64,000 bases of DNA, taken from positions 1 to 64,000 of the IMG/VR virus record IMGVR_UViG_3300010352_002811; one strand, written 5' to 3'. The notes beneath the pieces are model-generated. The model did no database searches. It saw nothing but the letters and a program-made list of their open reading frames with translations, and was not told the origin of the DNA. Of the stretch, positions 40,505 through 50,030 are shown one piece after another. The translations under genes were made by a program, and so were the position numbers. Every line of letters starts with the position of its first letter. The first letter of the stretch is position 1. This DNA comes from a virus. Taxonomy: Duplodnaviria; Caudoviricetes.

Positions 40505-40805
40505 TAGTTTTGTGAAAGGATGGATTGTTGGTGATTTTTCTCCAGCACTACTCAAATCTAAAGATATCGAAGTTGGAATTAAAAAATATAAAACTGGCGA
40601 TTTTGAAGCGAAACATGTTCATAATTTGGTAGATGAGTATACCATAATTGTTTCAGGTATAGTTGAAATGGATGGTGTGAAATATAGTGAAAATGATATT
40701 GTATTTGTTCCAAAAGGTGTTCCTACAGATTTCAAATGTTTGGAAAATTCAATCACTGTGGTTTTGAAAACTCCGTCAATACCATCAGATAAACAAGTTC
40801 TATAA
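40494..40805 (+). CDS. Cupin-fold protein (sugar isomerase/epimerase-like)
   Basis: KGWIVGDF, HVH...EYT, KTPS. Confidence 0.75.
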   Translation: MNLDSFVKGWIVGDFSPALLKSKDIEVGIKKYKTGDFEAKHVHNLVDEYTIIVSGIVEMDGVKYSENDIVFVPKGVPTDFKCLENSITVVLKTPSIPSDKQVL

Positions 40806-41519
40806 CGTCTTAAAAATAAAATCCTGTTTATATAGCGGGATTTTTGTTTTTTTAGTTGTGTGTGAAATGACGTGCTTATGAAAATCTTCAAGCCAATCCA
40901 ATGTTTTTATTCCAAATCTAATTCTCAATTCATCATACAAAACATAACAAAGCCACGCGGCATCAACAATATCACTTGTCGGAGAACATCCTTTAGGGTT
41001 TCTCTTGCCTTTATTCTTCCCTCTAATGTATACCGGTATCTTTGGTAAATCCGATATGTCAAAGTTCAAAAACAATGGTTCTTTAATAAGCGAGTCAAAC
41101 ATATCTGTCTTTTCAGCTTTACCAGACCCTGTAGCAAATTGTTTGTTTTGTAATGGACTTATTAATCTAATCTTAGTTCCATTCCGTATCAATTGAAATT
41201 TAATTAATGAACACCATTCCGATATCTCACAAAGACTTCCATTAGCTCCGAACGCATAGTCTTCAATTGCCGCATATTCACAATCTTTAATAAATTCGGA
41301 AACATACTCAATCATTAACAAACTTCTATTATAAAAATCAAGTTCGTTATCATAGGAAATTATGTCTTTGTACTTGGGAGGTTCAAAGTCTTTTTTCTTA
41401 GGAACGTCATATCCAAGAAACCCAAGCCGTTTGATTTCTACAATTTCAAAAGACTCGTCAAGAACAAACTTCACGAATCCTGTTGACCTTGGAGATGAAT
41501 CTATTCCGAGTATGTTCAT
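40800..41519 (-). CDS. RuvC-like Holliday junction resolvase
   Basis: ILGIDSSPRSTG, AIEDYAF, KQFATGSGKAEK, DIVDA. Confidence 0.85.
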   Translation of the reverse strand: MNILGIDSSPRSTGFVKFVLDESFEIVEIKRLGFLGYDVPKKKDFEPPKYKDIISYDNELDFYNRSLLMIEYVSEFIKDCEYAAIEDYAFGANGSLCEISEWCSLIKFQLIRNGTKIRLISPLQNKQFATGSGKAEKTDMFDSLIKEPLFLNFDISDLPKIPVYIRGKNKGKRNPKGCSPTSDIVDAAWLCYVLYDELRIRFGIKTLDWLEDFHKHVISHTTKKTKIPLYKQDFIFKTL

Positions 41520-42140
41520 TTATTTCCTATAATAAGTGTTAAATGTTGTGTTTGTTAATCCAGCATCAACAATCTTAGCTTTACCGTCAACAATTCCCCA
41601 ACTACTAATACGAACCAAATCTCCATATGGCATATCATAATTTATCATCAAATCCGCCACTTTATTTACTATACTATCTTCGTCTTCCCAATATTTCTTA
41701 GATTCGTCAGGAACCTTTTGTAGTCTTCCATCATAATATAGTTTAACATCGGTTAGAGCTTTTCCAAATGTTTTGAAATCCAAACCTGTCAATGTTTTGA
41801 ATTCTGATGGTTTTATCTTTGTTCCTTTTTTCACAATCAGCCAATAACAATCATCATTATCATCGCGGTCTTTCAATTCAGGTACCAATTCAGGATACAT
41901 TCTTTGTAAGCCGTAGTCTCCATCAGTTAGATTTTGTTCCAATCCTTTTTCATTCTTAGCAAGTTTTAGAACATATCCATCTTCAAGATCGAATACAATT
42001 CTTGACGAACCTTCTCCAAGCTTTTTTAGAAATTTTTTAGCATATTGAATCTTTTTTGAGAACGATGACAAGCTGTCCAATACTTTAGTATCAAATTTTT
42101 CTTCATTCTCAAGTAAAAGAATATAGTCGGTGAACTTCAT
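41520..42140 (-). CDS. Protein-kinase-like protein with CTS-like leader (MKFTDYILLLE|N)
   Basis: LGEGSSRIV, VLKLA, GDL...SWG, IVDAG. Confidence 0.75.
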   Translation of the reverse strand: MKFTDYILLLENEEKFDTKVLDSLSSFSKKIQYAKKFLKKLGEGSSRIVFDLEDGYVLKLAKNEKGLEQNLTDGDYGLQRMYPELVPELKDRDDNDDCYWLIVKKGTKIKPSEFKTLTGLDFKTFGKALTDVKLYYDGRLQKVPDESKKYWEDEDSIVNKVADLMINYDMPYGDLVRISSWGIVDGKAKIVDAGLTNTTFNTYYRK

Positions 42141-42400
42141 TAGAATCCGCCAGTATGTTCCTTAGAATAGTCAAACGCAGCTTTTAGATTAGAAACAATC
42201 AAATCACACTTCTTGATAGCATCTTCAATGTGCTTCTCTACTTCAGACTTGTTAGTAGAATTCTTTGCTCTGGTAATAGCTTCAGCAAGTTCCTTCACAA
42301 TGATTTTAGAATTCTTGATGTTGTTCGAAACAATCTTGTCTTCAGAACCTTCACAAACAAGTCCAAATAGTTTTTCAGCAGTTTCTAGATTATTTTCCAT
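42140..42400 (-). CDS. Hypothetical late protein
   Basis: Start reassigned to ATG 42400 (GGAG RBS). Confidence 0.55.
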   Translation of the reverse strand: MENNLETAEKLFGLVCEGSEDKIVSNNIKNSKIIVKELAEAITRAKNSTNKSEVEKHIEDAIKKCDLIVSNLKAAFDYSKEHTGGF

Positions 42401-42404
42401 TTTT

Positions 42405-42578
42405 TTAGTCTCTCCATGATAAAAGGTCAAGAGCAGCATTTCGGGTTTTTGTTACATCTACCTCGGATTCCTTCTTCTTACGTGCTTCTTCCTTGGCAGA
42501 CTCTTCCTTCAACTTTTCGATTGTGACTTTACGAATCTTCTCAGCCTCAATGATAAAGTCAAATTGGTCGTTATTCAT
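42405..42578 (-). CDS. 57-aa late protein (MNNDQFDFIIE|A...)
   Basis: Manual ORF; GAGGG RBS; TAAATA at 42598. Confidence 0.55.
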   Translation of the reverse strand: MNNDQFDFIIEAEKIRKVTIEKLKEESAKEEARKKKESEVDVTKTRNAALDLLSWRD

Positions 42579-42641
42579 ATATATTCCCTCTTACCATTAT
42601 TTAGCAATCTCCCTAAATAGTTTTATAACGGAGATTGAAAA

Positions 42642-43841
42642 ATGATTGACACTAAAAAGTTGCTTGGATATTTGAATCTTCTCGCAGAACTTGTTGAGAA
42701 GACCAAGGGTGATACAGAAACAAAATCAACTACCAGCCCAATTACTAAAGAAACTACTATTGAAAACATTGGCAAAGCTTACTACACTATCAAAGTCAAG
42801 ACTCGGCTTTTGAAGGAAATTGCTGACGCTGTTAAAAAGGCTGAAGAAATCAAGGACGACGCATCTGAAGAAGATTGGAAGAGTTTGCTAATTTCTGTTG
42901 ATAATTTAGTTAACATAATTAAAACATCTGCTAAGGAATTGAAGGACCACAAAGAACTTTTGAAGACAAATGAAAAGATTGATGGTCTAACTCATAAAGT
43001 CATTGTAGATATGTACGGTGCTGATAGAAACGCTGAACATGTTGCTCGTGATGATGACTATTCTAAAGAAAAAGATGAGAAGAAAAAGGAAGAAGACGAC
43101 TTCAAAAAGAGCCTTGAGAATGCGTACATGAAACTTATGGAAAAGCTCGCGAAAGTTGGCGAATCTATTTGGACAGTATTCCGTGACACTACTTATCGTT
43201 CTGTTGATGAAAAAAATGACAATGAAAAGAAGGTCAAGCTTCTCGATTCCATTCTAAAGAAGCTGAAGAGAGAAGTTCCATCCGAAGAGATTTCAGATGA
43301 TGAAGCCAAGAAACTCCTTCAGTTGGTTGTTCGTCTCCGGGAAAATTCTATGGGAACGGATTATTCTGGCGCTGTTGACACTCTAACAAAAGCGGTAGCA
43401 AAGCACATTCAGAAGGCAGCAGTCAAGAATGAAAGCGAAACATTTGACATTGAAATGCTTCTCGAAACCGCTGGAAAAGGAAAGAGAATCGCGGTTTCTT
43501 ATGAGACTTGGAGCGAAGAAGATGTTGATGATGGCGACACAGACGACCGTGGATGGGAAGATGAAGAAGGTGTTGATTTCACAGACGAAGACGACCCTGT
43601 AAAAGAAGCCATCTCATTCCTAAAGGAGAAAGGTGCTACCAACGCATCTTCAAGTCATTTCGGAAAAGGAGTCTGGTATTCTTCTGAAGATGATGTTGAT
43701 ATGAAGACCGGAGATCGTACAATTTATTCATATCATCTCTATGGTTGGACAAAAGATGAAGAGCAGAAGATTTTCGATGCCATTGTGAATAAAAAGGCTC
43801 TAACAGAATCCTACTACGACGCTGCTAACTGGCTTCTGTAA
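42642..43841 (+). CDS. Two-domain acidic late protein with internal LLE/LTE sites
   Basis: TAAATA 42614, GGAG RBS, terminator 43864-43890. Confidence 0.7.
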   Translation: MIDTKKLLGYLNLLAELVEKTKGDTETKSTTSPITKETTIENIGKAYYTIKVKTRLLKEIADAVKKAEEIKDDASEEDWKSLLISVDNLVNIIKTSAKELKDHKELLKTNEKIDGLTHKVIVDMYGADRNAEHVARDDDYSKEKDEKKKEEDDFKKSLENAYMKLMEKLAKVGESIWTVFRDTTYRSVDEKNDNEKKVKLLDSILKKLKREVPSEEISDDEAKKLLQLVVRLRENSMGTDYSGAVDTLTKAVAKHIQKAAVKNESETFDIEMLLETAGKGKRIAVSYETWSEEDVDDGDTDDRGWEDEEGVDFTDEDDPVKEAISFLKEKGATNASSSHFGKGVWYSSEDDVDMKTGDRTIYSYHLYGWTKDEEQKIFDAIVNKKALTESYYDAANWLL

Positions 43842-43947
43842 GTTCTTTATAAATCATGATTCAAAGGCGGGACAAAATCTCGCCTTTTCTATTTCTAAGA
43901 ATTTATTCGAGGCATTCTTACAAGCTACTATACTAAAAGGAACAGCG

Positions 43948-44895
43948 ATGGCTCTAACGAAATTTGTCCAGAAAAGCACGACCAAGACCGGACCCACACT
44001 AGTATTCGACTGTCATAATTTGATTTTCAGAGTTTTGTTTGTCGCTGTATCCCAATCAAAAAAATTCCATGAAGATATAAATGAAACAAATTATTACTAT
44101 TGGAAATACCTGTTCGTTAAATCAATGATCACAACAATCAAGCAATTTAGTCCAAAAGATGTCATCATGGCACTAGATTCAACTTCATGGCGGAAAGAAA
44201 TTTATCCACAATATAAAGCAAATAGAAAAGCCTCCAGAGATTCTTCCTTGGTTGATTTTGATAAGTTCTTCCCGGTGCTCGAAACATTCCTTCAAGAACT
44301 CCAGGAATTGCTGTCAAATTACTGCTGGCTAAAAGTTGATAGGTCGGAAGCAGATGATATCATGGCTATCTTATCAAAAGAAATTCCATCAAACGTCATC
44401 CTCGTTTCTACAGACCGAGACCTAAATCAACTCCTTTCACTCCCAAATGTAAAACAATACAATCCAGTAGACAAGAAATTCGTCAACCTAACAAACCCAG
44501 AACAAGCTCTTCAAATTAAATGCCTGACTGGAGATAAAGGTGATAATATTCCAGCTATCATGCCTAAATGCGGTCCAGTAAAAGCCGCGAAATTCCTCAG
44601 CGAAGGTCTAATAACAGTCACCTCAAATTCAATACTTATGGCTAATTATACTAGAAATAAACAACTAATCGATTTCAATTTCATCCCCATCGACATCCAA
44701 AAATCTATAAAAGAATCATATCATAAATATTCCTACAAACCAATTGAAGGAAGGAAAATTTTTAACTTTTTCGTCAAACATAAAATGTCATCCATGCTTG
44801 ACGAAATGACTGACTTTGTCGATATAGTTAAAAATACTAGCTCAAAATGCGAATCTACGAACCAAGAGCATATGAACAAGGAACATATAATCTAA
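43948..44895 (+). CDS. rnh: T4 RNase H-like 5'-3' exonuclease
   Basis: FDCHN, SWRK.IYPQYKANR, EADD, STDRD, GDKGDNIP. Confidence 0.93.
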   Translation: MALTKFVQKSTTKTGPTLVFDCHNLIFRVLFVAVSQSKKFHEDINETNYYYWKYLFVKSMITTIKQFSPKDVIMALDSTSWRKEIYPQYKANRKASRDSSLVDFDKFFPVLETFLQELQELLSNYCWLKVDRSEADDIMAILSKEIPSNVILVSTDRDLNQLLSLPNVKQYNPVDKKFVNLTNPEQALQIKCLTGDKGDNIPAIMPKCGPVKAAKFLSEGLITVTSNSILMANYTRNKQLIDFNFIPIDIQKSIKESYHKYSYKPIEGRKIFNFFVKHKMSSMLDEMTDFVDIVKNTSSKCESTNQEHMNKEHII

Positions 44896-45347
44896 CAAAT
44901 CCAGCAAAATATTTCGGAAGCAAAACACCAAAATATAAATCAAGCTTCGAATTGAGATTTATGGAATGGTGCGATAAAAATAAAAACGTTATCAAATGGG
45001 CATACGAACCATATTACATTGATTATATATTCTGTAAACCACCAAACTTCCCGGATTGGGTCGAACAATTGGTGGACGGAAAACAACACAAATACTTCAT
45101 CGACTTCCATGTAGAACTCATAGACAATAACGGAAATAAAAAAATATACCTCATAGAAATCAAACCAAAATCACAAATGAGAGAACCTAAAGAACCTAAA
45201 AAGAAAACCAGAGCAGCCGTCAAAAGATTCGTGAACGCTATGAAAGAATATGCGAAAAATGTGTGTAAATGGGAAACAACGAAAATACACTGTAAACGAA
45301 AAGGATTTGAGTTTTTTATTTTGAATGAAGATAATCTGTTTTTTTGA
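44847..45347 (+). CDS. gp4: Head completion nuclease (gp4-like, TnsA fold)
   Basis: NPAKY.G, YKSSFE, W.YE, H.YFIDF, IEIKP, KW, FFILNE. Confidence 0.9.
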   Translation: MRIYEPRAYEQGTYNLTNPAKYFGSKTPKYKSSFELRFMEWCDKNKNVIKWAYEPYYIDYIFCKPPNFPDWVEQLVDGKQHKYFIDFHVELIDNNGNKKIYLIEIKPKSQMREPKEPKKKTRAAVKRFVNAMKEYAKNVCKWETTKIHCKRKGFEFFILNEDNLFF

Positions 45348-45377
45348 CAGACCAATTAAAAAGGAGAAAAAGAGAAA

Positions 45378-48300
45378 ATGACGAGAGAAGATGCGATCAA
45401 AAATAGTATCGTTTATTTTGAAGGTGATGAATTGGCAGCAACAGTTTTTGTTGACAAGTATGCGCTAAGAGACGAGGATGGAAATATTCTTGAATCTACT
45501 CCTGACGATTTACACAAAAGACTTGCTACAGAATTTGCTAGGATTGAAGGAAAATATCCAAATCCAATGACAGAAGATGAAATATTTAATTTGTTAAAGG
45601 ATTTTGATAAAGTAGTTCCTCAAGGTTCTCCAATGGCAGGTATTGGAAACTCTTCTCAATTAATGAGTATTTCAAATTGTTTTGTTGTTGGCTCTCCAGA
45701 AGATTCTTATGGCGGTATTCTAAAATCTGACCAAGAATTAGCACAAATTTATAAGAGGCGCGGCGGTGGAGGTATTGATATTTCCACAATTCGCCCAAAG
45801 GGATTGAAGACAAATAATGCGGCAAAGACTACAGATGGGATTGGAGTATTTATGGAAAGATATTCCAATACCTGCCGTGAAGTTGCCGTTCAAGGCCGCC
45901 GAGCAGCTTTGATGATGTCAATCTCGGTACACCATCCAGAAGTTGAAACATTTATTAATATTAAACGAAACAAAACAAAGGTTACAGGGGCAAATATTTC
46001 TGTAAGATTGACAGATGCTTTTATGACGGCTGTTAAAAATGATACTGAATATGAACAGCGTTGGCCAATTGATTCAGATTCTCCACAAATTTCTCGTAAA
46101 GTAAATGCTCGTAGAATATGGAATCAAATTATTGAATCCGCTTGGGAATCTGCCGAACCGGGAATTCTTTTCTGGGATAATGTTTTGAATAATGGAACTG
46201 CTGATGCGTATCCTGAATTCAAGTCAATATCAACAAATCCATGTTTAGTTGGGGATACAAAAGTTTATGTTGCTGATGGTCGGGGAATTGTAACTATAAA
46301 AGAACTTTCAGATGCTGGTGAAGATGTTGATGTTTTTTGCTATGATTCTGAAAACAACGTGGTAATTCGAAAGATGCGTCATCCAAGAGTAACAGGCCAT
46401 AATGAGAAGATTTATAAAGTAACATTTGATGATGGAAATTCAGTAAGGACTACAGGAAATCACAAATTCCAATTAAAGAGCGGTGAATATAAGGAAGTTA
46501 AAGATTTACAGTTCAATGACCAGTTATCCACAATTGTTAGATTTGAAGATTCAATAGCGTATAAATTTGATACTCGTAAAACTTCAAAATATAGTCATTA
46601 TTTTTGGATTGATAATGATACAAAAATAAAAACAGAACATCGTTTAATTGCGGAAAATTCTTATGGCGATATTGATGGCCTTGTAATTCATCATATAGAT
46701 TTTAATTCAAAGAATAATGCTCCAGACAATCTAAAACCAATGACACGCGAAGCTCATGACAAATATCATGGCGAAATGATGCGTGGAGATAACAATCCAA
46801 TGCGTAGAGCAGCTACAGAATGGTCGGATGAAAAAAAGAAGGCATATTCAGAAAATATGTCAAAAGTAAAGTCTGGTTTCGGAAATGGCCATGTGTATGA
46901 AATAACAAATGACGAAATAAAAGAACATGCTGTTAAATTTACACAGCAATTAGGTAGGCGTTTCTCTTCAAAGGAATGGCAAGTGTACGCTAAAGAAAAT
47001 TCTCTTCCTAAATTGTTTACAAAATTCCGCCAAACTGAAGAATACACAAATCCTGTGGAATTGAGTTTTGTCGCGGCCAAAATAGCTGGATTAGAAAACC
47101 AGAATTATGACACACGCCTTCTTGAAACTCAGGCGAAGGCAGAAAGTCAAGGATACGAAACAAAGATTGAAAATTCTGAAGTTTTGGTTAAGAAGATTTG
47201 TGAAGTTTGTGGTGAAGAATTTTGGGTATCATTCTGGAATCGTGAGCAGGGAATATGTTCAATTAAATGCTCAATGGTTTATCTAAATTCTAATTCTGAA
47301 CGAACAGCTAAACGAGTTGCTGCTACCAAAAAAACATATTCTGAAAAACAAGAAATTACAAAAAATAAGATTCTTGACGAATATACAAGATTGAAGGCAA
47401 TTCTTGGAAGAAAACCAATGCTAAAGGAATTGGAAAAATCTTGTAAGGAAAATAATATTCCTATTAGACTAAGAACAAAATACGGATTTAAGTCTTTTGA
47501 TGAAATTCAAGAAAAAGCTGAATATCACAATCATAGAGTTGTGTCGGTTGTTGAAGATGGATATGAAACAGTTTATAATGGAACTGTAGATGATTTTCAC
47601 AATTTCTTCGTCGGTGGATTTGCTCTGAATGATGATAGAAATAGTGTTATATTTTTGAATAACCGGCAGTGTGGGGAACTCCCATTATCAAAAACAGATT
47701 CGTGCCGCTTGCTAGCTATGAATGTGTTGGGCTTTGTAAAGAACAAATATTTAGAAACTTCTTATTTTGATTGGGAAGAATTTGATATTGTTTGTAAAAA
47801 AGCTCATAGATTAATGGATGATATTATTGATATTGAGCTTGAACATGTTGAGAAGATTATCAACAAAATTCAAGATGACCCTGAAAGCGATGAAGTTAAG
47901 AGAACTGAACTGATGTTGTGGAATAGTATTAAAGAAGCATGTATGTCCGGTAGACGGTGTGGTATGGGAATAACTGCTCTTGGTGATGCTCTTGCCGCCC
48001 TTGGAATTAAATATGGAACATCCGAATCTATTGAACTGGTTGAGAAAATTTATAAGTCTCTTGAACTCGCCGCTTTCAAATCAACAATTGAATTGGCGCG
48101 GGACAGAGGAGCATTCCCACGTTATGAATACGAACTTGAAAAAAACCATAAGTTCATTTCAAAGATTATTGATAATTTGCCAGAAGAATATCAAGAAATG
48201 TATAAAATGTATGGACGCAGAAATATCGCACTAACAACTACCGCACCTACAGGAACAGTTTCTTTAGTAACTCAAACGTCTTCAGGAATCGAGCCAGTAT

Positions 48301-49256
48301 TTAGATTGTCATATAAGCGTCGTAAGAAGTTAAATCCTAATGAAAATGTAGAACCTGATTTTGTTGATGATGTTGGAGATAAATTTATAAATTATACAGT
48401 TTATCACCACGAATTGAAAAATTGGATGAAAATTACAGGCGAAACGGATGAAACAAAATCTCCTTGGTTTGGCGCTACTGCCGAAGATATCGATTGGATG
48501 GCTTCAGTTGATTTACAAGCGGCTGCTCAAAAATGGGTGTGCGCTTCAATTTCAAAGACCTGTAATTTACCAAATTCAGCAACCAAGGAACTCGTAGCAG
48601 ATGTTTATATGCGAGCTTGGGAAACTGGATGTAAGGGGTTCACAGTATACCGCGATGGATGTCGAGACGGAGTTCTTGTTACAAATGAATCAAAGAAAGA
48701 AGAAACTAAATTTGAACAAAAAGATGCTCCAAAACGACCAAACGAACTTGAATGCGACATCCATCATATTAAGGTGAAGGGAGAAAATTGGATAGTGTTT
48801 GTTGGCTTGTATGATGGCAAACCTTATGAAACTTTCGCTGGATTGTCTAAGTTTGTTTCGATTCCAAAGAAGGTTGCAAAGGGAACTCTTATAAAGCACA
48901 ATACTAAGAAATCAAACGGGTCTTCAATATACGATGTTTCTTATGTTGATGATGGAAATTTGGTTGAGATTAAGGATATTGTAAAAACTTTTGAAAATCC
49001 AACAGAAGGGGAATTTACAAGATTAATTTCATTGGCACTGCGGCATGGGACTCCAATACAATTCCTAACAGAGCAATTACAAAAAGATGAAAATAGTGAT
49101 ATGTATTCATTTAGTAAAGTTATTGCTCGTGTTTTGAAAGTGTATATTAAAGATGGTATCAAGGTAAAGGCGGTTTGCCCAAATTGTGGGGGGACTTTGA
49201 TTTATCAAGAAGGATGTCTTCGATGCCTAGACTGCTCGCACAGCAAATGCGGATAA
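45378..49256 (+). CDS. nrdJ: Class II (B12-dependent) ribonucleotide reductase with intein
   Basis: SNCFV, RRGGGG, GRRAALM, AEPGI, TNP/CGE, APTGT, SSGIEP, SISKT, TVYRDG, C-terminal TSCPD and Zn ribbon. Confidence 0.95.
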   Translation: MTREDAIKNSIVYFEGDELAATVFVDKYALRDEDGNILESTPDDLHKRLATEFARIEGKYPNPMTEDEIFNLLKDFDKVVPQGSPMAGIGNSSQLMSISNCFVVGSPEDSYGGILKSDQELAQIYKRRGGGGIDISTIRPKGLKTNNAAKTTDGIGVFMERYSNTCREVAVQGRRAALMMSISVHHPEVETFINIKRNKTKVTGANISVRLTDAFMTAVKNDTEYEQRWPIDSDSPQISRKVNARRIWNQIIESAWESAEPGILFWDNVLNNGTADAYPEFKSISTNPCLVGDTKVYVADGRGIVTIKELSDAGEDVDVFCYDSENNVVIRKMRHPRVTGHNEKIYKVTFDDGNSVRTTGNHKFQLKSGEYKEVKDLQFNDQLSTIVRFEDSIAYKFDTRKTSKYSHYFWIDNDTKIKTEHRLIAENSYGDIDGLVIHHIDFNSKNNAPDNLKPMTREAHDKYHGEMMRGDNNPMRRAATEWSDEKKKAYSENMSKVKSGFGNGHVYEITNDEIKEHAVKFTQQLGRRFSSKEWQVYAKENSLPKLFTKFRQTEEYTNPVELSFVAAKIAGLENQNYDTRLLETQAKAESQGYETKIENSEVLVKKICEVCGEEFWVSFWNREQGICSIKCSMVYLNSNSERTAKRVAATKKTYSEKQEITKNKILDEYTRLKAILGRKPMLKELEKSCKENNIPIRLRTKYGFKSFDEIQEKAEYHNHRVVSVVEDGYETVYNGTVDDFHNFFVGGFALNDDRNSVIFLNNRQCGELPLSKTDSCRLLAMNVLGFVKNKYLETSYFDWEEFDIVCKKAHRLMDDIIDIELEHVEKIINKIQDDPESDEVKRTELMLWNSIKEACMSGRRCGMGITALGDALAALGIKYGTSESIELVEKIYKSLELAAFKSTIELARDRGAFPRYEYELEKNHKFISKIIDNLPEEYQEMYKMYGRRNIALTTTAPTGTVSLVTQTSSGIEPVFRLSYKRRKKLNPNENVEPDFVDDVGDKFINYTVYHHELKNWMKITGETDETKSPWFGATAEDIDWMASVDLQAAAQKWVCASISKTCNLPNSATKELVADVYMRAWETGCKGFTVYRDGCRDGVLVTNESKKEETKFEQKDAPKRPNELECDIHHIKVKGENWIVFVGLYDGKPYETFAGLSKFVSIPKKVAKGTLIKHNTKKSNGSSIYDVSYVDDGNLVEIKDIVKTFENPTEGEFTRLISLALRHGTPIQFLTEQLQKDENSDMYSFSKVIARVLKVYIKDGIKVKAVCPNCGGTLIYQEGCLRCLDCSHSKCG
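46242..47669 (+). mobile_element. 476-aa intein with HNH endonuclease, ending in Gln
   Basis: TNP|CLVGDT...TGNH...EHRL...HHIDFNSKNNAPDNL...H...VYNGTVDDFHNF...NNRQ|CGE. Confidence 0.92.
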
Positions 49257-49336
49257 CCGGATAGATAATTCTAATAAACCCAATTTCAAAAGAGTTGGGT
49301 TTTGTTTTTATAAATACTATCAAACAGGAGAATAAA

Positions 49337-49963
49337 ATGAAGTTTAATGAATATGTTAACGTGTCAATGGTTTGCTCTGAACTGCTTGAATCTGTTGAGG
49401 AAACTTCTCTTCCAACAATGTGCGAATCTCTCGATCTCATGGAGCAGGAATTGAACGAACTTTTTGGACTTGGAAAGGTCGCTGAAAAGCTCAAGAGTCT
49501 GGACACCAAGGCTGATGAAAAGGTTGAAGACATCAAGAAGAAGGGCAAGGAATTTGCTTCCGACGCCAAGTATGTTGCTAAGAATCTTGGACAGGAAGCT
49601 AAGGAAAAGTGGGCGGATGCTAAGGAAGTTGCTCAGTCTCACAAGGAAATCGCGGTTGCTGCGAAGGACAAGCTCGTTTCTCTATTCTCAAAGTCTCAGA
49701 GTGCTTTTAAGGACATTTGGGGAGCCATTTCCAAGGAGAATCTTTCGGACGATCAGAAGTCAGTTTTGGCGGATCTTGCCATAGCTCAGCAGAAGATGAC
49801 CTCCGGAAAGTTTTTGAATGGCGATGATTCTGTCAAGGTTCTAGCCGCGATTCTTGCTGGAAAGGGCTCGGTTCCATCATCCAAGAAGTATCTCACCAAG
49901 CTTGAAGAGTTGAAGGCAATTCCTGGCATCGCGACTGTTCGGGTTTCTGCTCGCGTTAAGTAA
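49337..49963 (+). CDS. Probable abundant internal head protein (leader MKFNEY...LLE|S; LNE)
   Basis: TATAAATA 49309, AGGAG RBS, gp23-like codon bias, own terminator 49987-50014. Confidence 0.7.
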   Translation: MKFNEYVNVSMVCSELLESVEETSLPTMCESLDLMEQELNELFGLGKVAEKLKSLDTKADEKVEDIKKKGKEFASDAKYVAKNLGQEAKEKWADAKEVAQSHKEIAVAAKDKLVSLFSKSQSAFKDIWGAISKENLSDDQKSVLADLAIAQQKMTSGKFLNGDDSVKVLAAILAGKGSVPSSKKYLTKLEELKAIPGIATVRVSARVK

Positions 49964-50030
49964 GATTGATTGAAATTGTTTGAATGAAGGAGAGTCATTT
50001 GATTCTCCTTTTTTGTTCATAAATAATTAC

